NCBI GenBank assembly: GCA_041586955.1
Contig: JBFGZE010000083.1
Coordinates: 1-14,593 of the forward strand
Reading direction: 5' to 3'
Origin: Bacteriovoracaceae bacterium
GTDB lineage: Bacteria > Bdellovibrionota > Bacteriovoracia > Bacteriovoracales > Bacteriovoracaceae
Length of the DNA: 14,593 nt
This document shows, in pieces, positions 1 through 8,232 of this stretch (position 1 is the first letter of the stretch; every line of letters begins with the position of its first letter). The notes beneath the pieces were generated by a model. That model was not told where the DNA came from. It worked only from the letters and a program-made list of their open reading frames with translations, and ran no database searches. The translations under genes were made by a program, and so were the position numbers.

Positions 1-55
1 CATTCAAGAAAAAGTAATGGCCGAGCGTAAAGAGAAGCTTGCTAATGACGATTAG
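1..55 (+). CDS. 3' end of a gene entering the window (...IQEKVMAERKEKLANDD*); identity not determinable, loosely reminiscent of an EF-G C-terminus
   Basis: Open frame from base 2 to TAG at 53-55, followed by a strong intrinsic terminator. Only 17 codons are visible. Confidence 0.55.
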   Translation, partial: IQEKVMAERKEKLANDD

Positions 56-83
56 AATTTAGTTATCAATTAAAGCATACAAT

Positions 84-117
84 AAAGGCCTCGTTTTTTA
101 GCGAGGCCTTTTTTTTT
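84..117 (+). terminator. Rho-independent terminator, probably bidirectional
   Basis: AAAGGCCTCG (84-93) pairs with CGAGGCCTTT (102-111). A T-run follows on + and an A-rich flank lies upstream. It sits between two convergent stop codons. Confidence 0.85.
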
Positions 118-775
118 ATGTGGGATGACTATCATGGGTGCGGTTTACGGCGCGTCCAAAAGGTCCAGGACTAAGAGAGCATTGTCCACGATCTTTATTC
201 GGTTCTACTTGATGGCCAATTAATTTCGCCAATTGATCGGCCCCTCCTATATATTGACCTTCTAACCAAATTTGGGGCAAGGTAATGGGCACCTTGGGGC
301 CAACGAAAGGTCGGACCCGCGATAACATTTCATATAGGCCTCGTGGTTCCTTAACCACATCGTGATAGCGGTATTGAATGCCACTTTCTGTGAGATACAT
401 CTTGGCCCTGGAGCAATGGGGACAATTGTGTTTGCCGAAAATATGGTTTCCTCGAATATCATTTTTCTTGGCATAGGCCTGGATAATTTTTTCAGTTAGA
501 ATACCACGATTAAGGGCCGAACCTTGGCCTATGACTTTGTTCTCGACGAGAACGATTGGTGCGTGGATAGCACCGTGAAGAAGAGGTTTCCACCATTCAT
601 TTAACCACTTTCTTTCCTCTAATTCACAGGGAATGCCTGATAATTCATTTTGGAGAGTATCTTTAACGATATCCATGGTGAGTGAGCATTCGCCACAGGG
701 AATTGTGATTTTAAACGGCCCCCATTCGCCTGCCCAGCGGTAGACAGTTACTTTAACGGCATTAGAGATGTTCAT
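116..775 (-). CDS. Two-domain thioredoxin-fold/glutaredoxin protein
   Basis: N-terminal domain has CGEC and HAP (cis-Pro-like). C-terminal Grx domain has CPHC, TLPQIW and YIGGAD. RBS AAGGGG lies upstream of the ATG. Confidence 0.85.
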   Translation of the reverse strand: MNISNAVKVTVYRWAGEWGPFKITIPCGECSLTMDIVKDTLQNELSGIPCELEERKWLNEWWKPLLHGAIHAPIVLVENKVIGQGSALNRGILTEKIIQAYAKKNDIRGNHIFGKHNCPHCSRAKMYLTESGIQYRYHDVVKEPRGLYEMLSRVRPFVGPKVPITLPQIWLEGQYIGGADQLAKLIGHQVEPNKDRGQCSLSPGPFGRAVNRTHDSHPT

Positions 776-885
776 GGCGTCCCCTTTTTAATAAAGGTTA
801 GTGAGACGAAAAAAACACCACTCTTGTACCTTATTTTGAGATTTAGATCAAAGTTAAGGGACTAAAATAATTAACTAAGGTAATA

Positions 886-2610
886 CTAGAATATTTTTTC
901 CCGGATTTCCCAAAAGTATTTTTTCTTGCGGGCAATAATAAAAAGTGGCATACGAAATAGGTGCTGTTTGGCGATTGCCTCATCTGCGCTCTTGATAATG
1001 ATATCTTGGCCTGGGTTACGATTATGCATACGGATAAAGCGATAATAAAATACTTTGGCCTGGGTGGGGTTTGTTAGAGAAAAATATTCTTTTAAGTATT
1101 CTCCATCATAATCATAATAGCGAACCTCTAGTCGTTCTTGTCCTTTTTTATCGCGATCTTTTTCAAAAAGCATAGTATCTGGCCGCATGACATGAGCATC
1201 TTTAAGCGCCATGGCCTCCCGTAACTTTTTATCGGGATCGACTAAAACCGCCTGACAAGAATGGCATGCCCGCGCTGCGATATCATTTTCCTCGCCACAT
1301 TGATCACAAAGCTTAAAACGGAAGCGGTAGTCGCAGGCGATAATTTCTTGAGTATCAGGGTCCTCATAGGCACCAAAACATTTGCGGCCGTAATGCTCGA
1401 TGATTTGCTCTTGCTCATCTTTTTTTCCCCAGAAATTATTTTGATGGCCACAGCTTGGACAAAGGACTTCCACCACTTCTGAGTCGCTATCGGGTTTAGT
1501 ATTGCCAACCTCGGGGGCAAAGATATTATGGCCGACACCCGTGTAATCAAGAATAAGACAATCCTTCTTTCCTGGAGATAGGCGCAGGCCACGACCGATA
1601 ATTTGTTGGTAAAGACTAGGTGATTCTGTTGGCCGTAAAAGGGCGATGAGATCAACATGAGGGGCATCAAATCCCGTGGTTAAAACAGAAACGTTAACCA
1701 AGAATTTAATTTCTTTTTTCTTAAAGCGGCGGATAATAGCATCCCTTTCGCTATTATGGGTTTCGCCAATAACCACTTCGGAAACCTCCCCTGGGAGTAA
1801 TGACATGATCTCTTTGGCGTGATTGACTGAAGAGGTAAAAATCATGACACCTTCACGGTCTTTGGCCATTTCCATGATATGGCCGATGATTCCCGGTGTG
1901 ACTCGCTCTTGGTCGGCCAGAAGGTCGGCAATATCATTGGCCGAGAAGCGACCACTATCCGATTTGATTTTTAGTTCTGAAAAATCATAACAGGCAACAG
2001 GGGCGTCAATTTTGATGGGGGCCGTGAGGTATTGATTGCGAATCATATAGGAGAGGGGCAATTCATAAATACATTTTTTAAAAAAAAGTTTATCCCTGGT
2101 ACGTAAGATTCCCTTAGTATGATATTCGTAAATCCAACCCGTATCTAAACGGTATGGTGTGGCAGTAAGGCCAAGGATGCAAAGCGTGGGATTATCGTTT
2201 CGCAATTTGTCGATGACTTTTGAATATTGACCTTCTTCATTGGATGAGATGCGGTGGCATTCATCGACAATGAGCAAAGAAAATTCTTGGAAAAATTCCT
2301 CATTGGCGCGTGCCACTGATTGGATACTGCCAAATATGACTTTGGATGATAAGTCTTTACGTTTAAGTCCCGCCGAATAAACGCCCGCCTTGAGACCATA
2401 ACTTTCATACTTAGTATGATTTTGCTCCACTAACTCTTTGACGTGGGCCAAAACCAACACCCGGCCCTTTGCAATCCTTGCTAATTCCGCGATAACTAAA
2501 GATTTTCCTGCGCCAGTAGGTAAGACAATAACAGCAGGGTCTTTTTGTTTTTTAAAATAATTAACAGCAGCGCTCACTGACTCTTTTTGATAAGGCCTTA
2601 ATTCGTACAT
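886..2610 (-). CDS. radD: RadD/YejH SF2 DExH-box DNA repair helicase with C-terminal Cys cluster (Zn finger)
   Basis: LRPYQ, PTGAGKS, DECH, TAT, LTTGFDAP and QIIGRGLR motifs; CPSC, CDQC and CHSC. End-to-end resemblance to E. coli YejH, including LVLAHVKELV and WEIREKIF. Confidence 0.93.
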   Translation of the reverse strand: MYELRPYQKESVSAAVNYFKKQKDPAVIVLPTGAGKSLVIAELARIAKGRVLVLAHVKELVEQNHTKYESYGLKAGVYSAGLKRKDLSSKVIFGSIQSVARANEEFFQEFSLLIVDECHRISSNEEGQYSKVIDKLRNDNPTLCILGLTATPYRLDTGWIYEYHTKGILRTRDKLFFKKCIYELPLSYMIRNQYLTAPIKIDAPVACYDFSELKIKSDSGRFSANDIADLLADQERVTPGIIGHIMEMAKDREGVMIFTSSVNHAKEIMSLLPGEVSEVVIGETHNSERDAIIRRFKKKEIKFLVNVSVLTTGFDAPHVDLIALLRPTESPSLYQQIIGRGLRLSPGKKDCLILDYTGVGHNIFAPEVGNTKPDSDSEVVEVLCPSCGHQNNFWGKKDEQEQIIEHYGRKCFGAYEDPDTQEIIACDYRFRFKLCDQCGEENDIAARACHSCQAVLVDPDKKLREAMALKDAHVMRPDTMLFEKDRDKKGQERLEVRYYDYDGEYLKEYFSLTNPTQAKVFYYRFIRMHNRNPGQDIIIKSADEAIAKQHLFRMPLFIIARKKKYFWEIREKIF

Positions 2611-2616
2611 CGTGCG

Positions 2617-2645
2617 ATTTTACCCGATGGCCATACACATGCCAA
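2617..2645 (-). promoter_or_regulatory. Sigma70-type promoter of radD (leaderless configuration)
   Basis: Minus strand reads TTGGCA-N17-TAAAAT-N6-ATG, with no Shine-Dalgarno. Confidence 0.65.
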
Positions 2646-2783
2646 TAATCTATCGTGTCGCTCTCTGTGGGAACTATAAAATAAGAATTCATTTTTATGA
2701 TTTTTGGCGGGTTAGGGGAGTTCAAGGCCCAACATAATATATTGTTTTTGTTTGATTATTGGTCATTAATGAGTGAGAATAAG

Positions 2784-2846
2784 AGTTTAAGCTTGTCTAT
2801 TAGTTCAAACTAATATATAAGTTTAAGCTAATGAAAATGATAAGAT
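2784..2846. promoter_or_regulatory. Putative LysR autoregulatory operator overlapping the lysR promoter
   Basis: Perfect palindrome TATTAGTT-CA-AACTAATA (2798-2815) contains T-N11-A. A similar site ATAAGTTTAAGCTAAT lies at 2817-2832, AGTTTAAGCT is directly repeated at 2784 and 2820, and an extended -10-like TGATAAGAT lies at 2838-2846. Confidence 0.55.
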
Positions 2847-2859
2847 AAAAGGCTTTTTT

Positions 2860-3759
2860 ATGTTAGAAACTTCGCAATTACAGACTCTTGTGGCCGTGGC
2901 CAAGGCCCAAAGCTTTTCTCAGGCCGCTAATGATCTCCACGTTACCCAGTCAGCGATTAGCCAATCGATTAAAAACCTTGAAAATAAGGTCGGTGTCAAA
3001 TTATTTAAACGCTCTGGCAAAAAAGTAGTTTTGACCCCAGAAGGTGAGAAGCTTCACGCCATGGCCGATCAATTTATTGGTCGAATGCATGATACTCTAG
3101 AAGATATCCAAATCGAAAAAAATACGATGAAGGGGAAAGTGCGTATCGGTACTTTGACTGGAATTGGGAAATCTTGGCTGGCCTCCACTATGCTCGATTA
3201 TGCGGAAAAATTTCCAGAGCTAACCATTGTCGTTAATCTTGGCTTCCAAGAGGATCTAGTGCGCCAATTTGAACAATGCCGTTTAGATATCTTGATTTTA
3301 CCAGAGGAAGCTCTCCCCAATGTCGGTGAGAAAAAATTAATTGGTGAAGAAACGAGTATCCTGGTTTATCCACAAGGGGAAGAGTTTCATTTACCCATCG
3401 ATATTTCTCTCGAGGAATTATCAAGCTATCCAACAATTTTATTTCAAGAAAAAGGCGATGGCCTTTATCTTAAATGGTGTAAAGAGCACTTTGGTGCTAT
3501 TCCTAAGGAAATTAATAAGCGCTTTATTATTAATTCCCATGGCAATATGTTGCAGGCCGTGCGCCAAGGTCTAGGTCTTGCTGTCGTCCCACGCCATGTT
3601 TTTGAGCGTTCTCATTACAAGGACCAGGTTAAGTCATTTTCCACGCATACTATTTCCAATGGTAAATTCTTTGTCGTTTACCATAAAGATACGGATAAAA
3701 TGATGCGTATCAGACAAACGATCGACTTATTGACTTCTAGTGATAATCCCTTGGAGTAA
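2860..3759 (+). CDS. LysR-family transcriptional regulator
   Basis: N-terminal HTH SFSQAANDLHVTQSAISQSIKNLE...LFKRSGKKVVLTPEG, followed by GKVRIG and a substrate-binding domain; 299 aa. Confidence 0.95.
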   Translation: MLETSQLQTLVAVAKAQSFSQAANDLHVTQSAISQSIKNLENKVGVKLFKRSGKKVVLTPEGEKLHAMADQFIGRMHDTLEDIQIEKNTMKGKVRIGTLTGIGKSWLASTMLDYAEKFPELTIVVNLGFQEDLVRQFEQCRLDILILPEEALPNVGEKKLIGEETSILVYPQGEEFHLPIDISLEELSSYPTILFQEKGDGLYLKWCKEHFGAIPKEINKRFIINSHGNMLQAVRQGLGLAVVPRHVFERSHYKDQVKSFSTHTISNGKFFVVYHKDTDKMMRIRQTIDLLTSSDNPLE

Positions 3760-3764
3760 TATTG

Positions 3765-4991
3765 GTGACCGATAACCCCTTTCATTCTCTCGACTCGCAA
3801 GCACTTTTAGTCCTCGACTTTTTAAAAGACAAAGGATTCTCTCCCATTTTAGTGGGTGGCTCCGTTAGAGATTGGGTTTTGACCGGAAACCTTGGAAAAG
3901 ATTTAGATTTTGAATTGGTTTATCAAAAAACTGATGGACAATTTATCCCAACATTTTTTGATAAAATATTTAAAGAAATTAAGAGACTGAACTCATTTCA
4001 AGTGGAATGTTTATCACTCAATGTTTATCGCTTAATTTTTGAGAATGGTTTAGAAATGGAGTTTTCTCCTCCGCGGATTGAGAGGTACGAAGGATTAGGC
4101 CCCTATGGACATAGTGATTTTCATTGTGAATTTTATGCCCATTTACCTTTTAGAGACAGTTTTCGCCGCCGTGATTTTACTATTAATGCCATTGGCCTTC
4201 GCTATAGAAGCGACCGATTAGAATGGATTGATCCCTTTAAGGGGCTTGAAGATTTAAAGCAAAAAAAACTAAAACCTTGTGATCCCCATTCTTTTTCTAA
4301 AGACCCTGTTCGTCTTTTACGGCTTTGCCGCTTTGCTGAGCGTTTCGACTTAATCATTGACCCACTCGACTTTCCTTTAACGGATCACTGCCTAAAGCTA
4401 TTAAGTTTTCATCATTTAATGCATGAAGGAAAAAAGGCCGGCACGTATCGATTTTTGAATCGCCTAATGGGCCTATTGACTGAGGGCCAAAAGAAAAACT
4501 CTTTTCTTGATTTAACTCAATTCTCCTGGCCAAGTGATGATCAATCATGGCCTCTTAAAAAAGAAGATTTCATTCTTGACTTGCTTTGTGCCAATCATTT
4601 GAATCTCCCTCAAATTGAAAGTTGGGAAGTTTATATTGGGGGCAAAAAAGGCCTAATCACCCAATATAAAGATTTTTTTGATCTCTTGAAAAAATTATCT
4701 AAGCGTCCTCCTGTTAAGGAATTGATCTCCTCATGGAAGGATTTTTCAGATAGCTCATGGGCCATTTTGTTAAATTCGTGTTTTATCCATTCTCTTTATC
4801 CAAATATTCAAGTATTAGAACGGATCAAAAGATATAACCCATCTTTATCCGAAACCTGGATTGAATTAAAAGAAATTTTTCAAGGGCGATTTTCAGGAAT
4901 GAAGGCCTTTCAAGAAATGATCGAGAGTGATCTTCCTCCCGAACAGCGGCGATTGGCCAAGCTTTATTGCCATTTAAAAGAGGTCTTATGA
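3765..4991 (+). CDS. cca: Class II tRNA nucleotidyltransferase (CCA-adding family); start GTG 3765 or TTG 3762
   Basis: LVGGSVRD, DLD catalytic carboxylates, RIE plus an intact flexible loop, RRDFTINA, DPF.G..DL, and DPVRLLR..RF. No HD domain seen. GGAG at 3753-3756 favours the GTG at 3765. Confidence 0.8.
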   Translation: MTDNPFHSLDSQALLVLDFLKDKGFSPILVGGSVRDWVLTGNLGKDLDFELVYQKTDGQFIPTFFDKIFKEIKRLNSFQVECLSLNVYRLIFENGLEMEFSPPRIERYEGLGPYGHSDFHCEFYAHLPFRDSFRRRDFTINAIGLRYRSDRLEWIDPFKGLEDLKQKKLKPCDPHSFSKDPVRLLRLCRFAERFDLIIDPLDFPLTDHCLKLLSFHHLMHEGKKAGTYRFLNRLMGLLTEGQKKNSFLDLTQFSWPSDDQSWPLKKEDFILDLLCANHLNLPQIESWEVYIGGKKGLITQYKDFFDLLKKLSKRPPVKELISSWKDFSDSSWAILLNSCFIHSLYPNIQVLERIKRYNPSLSETWIELKEIFQGRFSGMKAFQEMIESDLPPEQRRLAKLYCHLKEVL

Positions 4992-5509
4992 TTCGTCTTT
5001 ATACAATTGATGATGAAGAACAGATCCGAAGCATTTTTTTTGATAACTCGGTTGTTAGAAACTTTTCCTCATCCCAAAAAAAGGAGGCCTTCTTTCAAAA
5101 TTGGTGTGGCCAGTATTTGAAGCTTTTTGCCTCTTGGTGTTGGGTGGCGAGTGATGGCAAAGAAATATTGGGCTATCTCATCTCTTGTCCCGACATGGAC
5201 TTATTCCAATCTCAATGTCAACTTAACCCTGGCCAACAATATTTTTCTCATTTATGGCAAAAGTTTCCGGCCCATTTTCATATTAATTGCTCCCTTAATT
5301 CACAAGGCAGGGGAATTGGTTCACAACTCATTAAGCAAATTGAAACTCGTTTAAAATCTGAGAAAATCCCTGGCGTCCATCTTATTACTGATCCTGCAAA
5401 TAGAAATATTAATTTCTATGGGAAAAACGATTTTGACTTTAGAGAAGTTAAGTTGACCGAAAGCGGCGACCAAATCATGTTTATGGGCAAAGAGGTAAAA
5501 TTTTCCTAA
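4988..5509 (+). CDS. GNAT-family N-acetyltransferase
   Basis: FPAHFHIN..QGRGIGSQLI acetyl-CoA binding motif and N....FY motif. ATG 4988 overlaps the cca TGA (ATGA) and has RBS AAGAGG. Confidence 0.85.
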   Translation: MIRLYTIDDEEQIRSIFFDNSVVRNFSSSQKKEAFFQNWCGQYLKLFASWCWVASDGKEILGYLISCPDMDLFQSQCQLNPGQQYFSHLWQKFPAHFHINCSLNSQGRGIGSQLIKQIETRLKSEKIPGVHLITDPANRNINFYGKNDFDFREVKLTESGDQIMFMGKEVKFS

Positions 5510-5593
5510 ATAAAACGCTTGGATTTATTTTTGATCCTATGGCAAAATTTAAATGTACACCCCTTCGAAGGGAAGCGGGGGAAGGAGTGCCTG

Positions 5594-6016
5594 ATGGTCG
5601 ATATACAATCGATTTTGGCCGGACACCGGCCTCGAAATCCAAGGAAGGCCCATAAAGACGAGGATGGTAAAAAAAAGCTACCAAGCTACTCGGATATACC
5701 TGATTTATTTTTTGATCAAATTCTCCCTGACTTTAAGCTAAGTCGGCTGGAGATCTCTGTCTTGATGTATCTATACCGCCGTGTATGGTGCCGACCAAAT
5801 CTCTATAAGGAATATGGTATTAGTCAATTAATGTCATATACCGAAATGGCGCAATTTTTAAAATTAGAAATGGAAGAAGTTTATCAATCTCTGCGTAAAC
5901 TTGAAAATTATGGTTTTATTACAACTATTCGCTCTGGCCAGTATTTTGTCCGAAAATACTTTTCCCGTGAAAATGATGAAAAACATGGGCAGACTTATGA
6001 TGATTTTGAAATATAA
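5594..6016 (+). CDS. Small winged-helix DNA-binding protein resembling phage replication protein O / DnaD-like N-terminal domains (140 aa)
   Basis: RBS AAGGAG at 5582-5587 precedes ATG 5594. Pattern YSDIPDLFFDQIL..LSRLEISVLMYLYR...SYTEMA..L....VYQSLRKLENYGFI fits a wHTH. Confidence 0.65.
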   Translation: MVDIQSILAGHRPRNPRKAHKDEDGKKKLPSYSDIPDLFFDQILPDFKLSRLEISVLMYLYRRVWCRPNLYKEYGISQLMSYTEMAQFLKLEMEEVYQSLRKLENYGFITTIRSGQYFVRKYFSRENDEKHGQTYDDFEI

Positions 6017-6123
6017 TTAGCTATATAATACTATGATATTAAATAAAATGGTCATTCTTTCCCTAAGAAGATCCTCCCTTTTGGTGTTATTATAGTATTT
6101 AATAGTATGTTTTAAGAGGTTGT

Positions 6124-8115
6124 ATGCAGGAAAATTTAAGGCCTAAGGTCATTTATATTGGAAATGATGTAGGTTATCTAAAAGATATTAGAGGCCGTAT
6201 CAATAAAGATTTTCCAGACTTTAAGCATGAGTTTATTCATCTCTTTGAGAAGAATCCACATGAATTTGAGTCACTTTTCGTTAAGATTGTTCAGATGTGT
6301 CCCATTATTATCTATCTCGATTTATCGACGCGCCTTGATGTCCATATTCGTTTGGCGACGATGATTAATCGGGAGGTGACTTTAAAGCAAACATCATTAG
6401 TTGGATTGGTGGATAATAAAGAGACTGTTCGTGACTGTCTCAGTGTCGGCTGTGACTTTATTCATGTTAAATGCGGGGAAACGCATGACGTCGTCTATGA
6501 ACCTATGCGTTTGTCCCTTGGCGATAATAAAGTCAAGCAATTAGAATTTGCCACCGCTACAGTTGAAGAAAAGTCTGATCTTATTGATGATTTTCGAATT
6601 GGCTACATTACGACTGATCTATTACATGTGGAAGGTAATTTAATGTTGCCTAAGGGCGAGTTGATCGAATTCCTTCATGATTTACCCCGCAGTAATGTGG
6701 GTTCCAAACAAGTTTTAGTAAAGGACATGCAAACTTCCAATCTTTATTACGATTATAAATACTCCTATGATTTGGGTCTTCAATTTGTCGAGCCTATAGA
6801 AGACGAGGATGATGCAGATTTAATTCCTAATAGTATCCAAGGGGCCCAACGTAAGGCCTTGCTTAATAAAATCAAGGAACGTAAGGCCGAGCAAATAAGG
6901 GAGTATGAGTATAAAAAAAAGAAGGCCGAAAAGGCCCATCGGGATTGGGTGCTTGATAAGATCTCTTTTAGCAAGAGTAAAAATACAAAGATTCTGATTA
7001 TCGATCGGCATCTTGGTATTTTACAAGAAAAGACAGGGAAGCATTTGGATGAATATCCTTTCGCCATTCGTTTACAAACCCAGTTTAGTGATCATTTAAA
7101 AGAAGTTGGCCGTATATGCCCGCAAATGATCACATATCAATTATACGGTGGGTTGGATATCGAAGATCGCGAACAATGGGAGCCTATTTTGACCACTCTG
7201 AATTCTGGTGGGCAAGTTGATCTCAACGATTCAAATATTGCTTCCTGGAAAGAAGAAATTCAAGCAGCTGAAGCGACAGATTTAGAAGTTATTAGTCGTC
7301 TGATAGGTTTTGTGAACTCTATTGAAAATTATAAACCGATTATTGTTCTCTATGGTTGTCAAAAATGGACGAAAGAAAGCCTTGTTAAATTATTCCGCTA
7401 TCCTTTGCTGATTCCTCATCGTGATAATGTCACCATCAATGCCCTGATTAGCATGGCAACAATTTTTCAAAATAAGCAAGATCAGCAGCAAGCAGGACTT
7501 TTTGAAAAGAAATTGGCCATATTGAAAAAAAGGAATCCAAAAAAATTCCAACACTTATCAGTCAGTGACCTCATGCCAAAAAATTATTATTTGGCGAAAA
7601 ATAACCCTATTAGTTTTGGGGCAGTCAAAATTCCCATTACTATCGTTGGTATTAATGAAACGGAAATTCGTTTTCAAAGTGAGCATGAATTGCGTCTGCG
7701 CAGTTTCCGCATGGAGTTTCCTGTCGTTATGTCTGTGCGCCTCATGGAGCAAGATGGTCGCCCATATAAGGCAGTTCAAAATAAAAAAGAATACTTCGGT
7801 CTTATTCATGGTGTTGATGAAGAAGATAAAATGAATTTACGCCGCTATATCAATACTATCTTTTTCGCCCCTGTGGCAGAAAAGCGGGCGAAAGAACAAG
7901 AGGAGTATTGGGAGCGGCATAAAAAACTCCAAGAAGAAAGAGGGAAAGTGGAAGAGGACTCAGGAAGCGAATCTGCCGATGTGGAACAGCGTCCTGACTT
8001 TGAGGTTTCTGATGAGCAAGAGGTTGAAGAACGCGAGTATAATGCGACAGAGGAAAAGGCCGCCGATGAAGAAGTTCCTTCTAAACCTAATAAAACTAAA
8101 AAGAGTTTTTACTAA
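6124..8115 (+). CDS. Hypothetical 663-aa protein; probable tandem degenerate receiver + PilZ-like domains with an acidic tail
   Basis: Long ORF with RBS AAGAGG and an upstream extended -10 TGTTATTAT (6085-6093). REC-like strands VIYI / PIIIYLD / SLVGL / GCDFIHVK; PilZ-like ITIVGINETEIRFQSEHEL...GLIHGVDEEDKMNLRRYI. The CDS is secure; the domain call is inference. Confidence 0.75.
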   Translation: MQENLRPKVIYIGNDVGYLKDIRGRINKDFPDFKHEFIHLFEKNPHEFESLFVKIVQMCPIIIYLDLSTRLDVHIRLATMINREVTLKQTSLVGLVDNKETVRDCLSVGCDFIHVKCGETHDVVYEPMRLSLGDNKVKQLEFATATVEEKSDLIDDFRIGYITTDLLHVEGNLMLPKGELIEFLHDLPRSNVGSKQVLVKDMQTSNLYYDYKYSYDLGLQFVEPIEDEDDADLIPNSIQGAQRKALLNKIKERKAEQIREYEYKKKKAEKAHRDWVLDKISFSKSKNTKILIIDRHLGILQEKTGKHLDEYPFAIRLQTQFSDHLKEVGRICPQMITYQLYGGLDIEDREQWEPILTTLNSGGQVDLNDSNIASWKEEIQAAEATDLEVISRLIGFVNSIENYKPIIVLYGCQKWTKESLVKLFRYPLLIPHRDNVTINALISMATIFQNKQDQQQAGLFEKKLAILKKRNPKKFQHLSVSDLMPKNYYLAKNNPISFGAVKIPITIVGINETEIRFQSEHELRLRSFRMEFPVVMSVRLMEQDGRPYKAVQNKKEYFGLIHGVDEEDKMNLRRYINTIFFAPVAEKRAKEQEEYWERHKKLQEERGKVEEDSGSESADVEQRPDFEVSDEQEVEEREYNATEEKAADEEVPSKPNKTKKSFY

Positions 8116-8118
8116 AAT

Positions 8119-8152
8119 GGTCGGGTAATGTGTCCGACCTTTTCTTTTTTTT
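8119..8152 (+). terminator. Rho-independent terminator
   Basis: GGTCGG (8119-8124) / CCGACC (8134-8139) stem, extendable by G-U pairs, followed by TTTTCTTTTTTTT. Confidence 0.8.
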
Positions 8153-8232
8153 CCTTACATTGAATAACTGAGTCTTGATCACTTGATGAAATGGTGTGAG
8201 CATTAAAGCAATTCATTTTTCAGGAGGAAATC

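Noticed and set aside
1..55. Assigning the upstream partial gene as fusA (EF-G)
   Set aside because: 17 residues are too few to support a gene name.
1242..2408. Alternative ORFs 1242-1670, 1261-1482 and 2145-2408 within radD
   Set aside because: Shadow frames of a well-conserved gene, with no RBS or recognisable motifs. The same applies to the other short nested ORFs in the track.
3366..3374. Perfect DnaA box TTATCCACA
   Set aside because: A single copy inside the lysR coding sequence; no cluster or origin context.
5481..5684. Minus-strand 67-aa ORF, and the 5519 start for the wHTH gene
   Set aside because: The minus ORF overlaps two genes in antisense. The strong SD supports ATG 5594 for the wHTH gene.
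6017..6110. AT-rich gap with short inverted repeats (AATACTAT/ATAGTATT, TATTAAATA/TATTTAATA) next to the initiator-like gene, considered as a possible origin
   Set aside because: Low-complexity AT sequence with no iterons or DnaA boxes; adequately explained as a promoter region.
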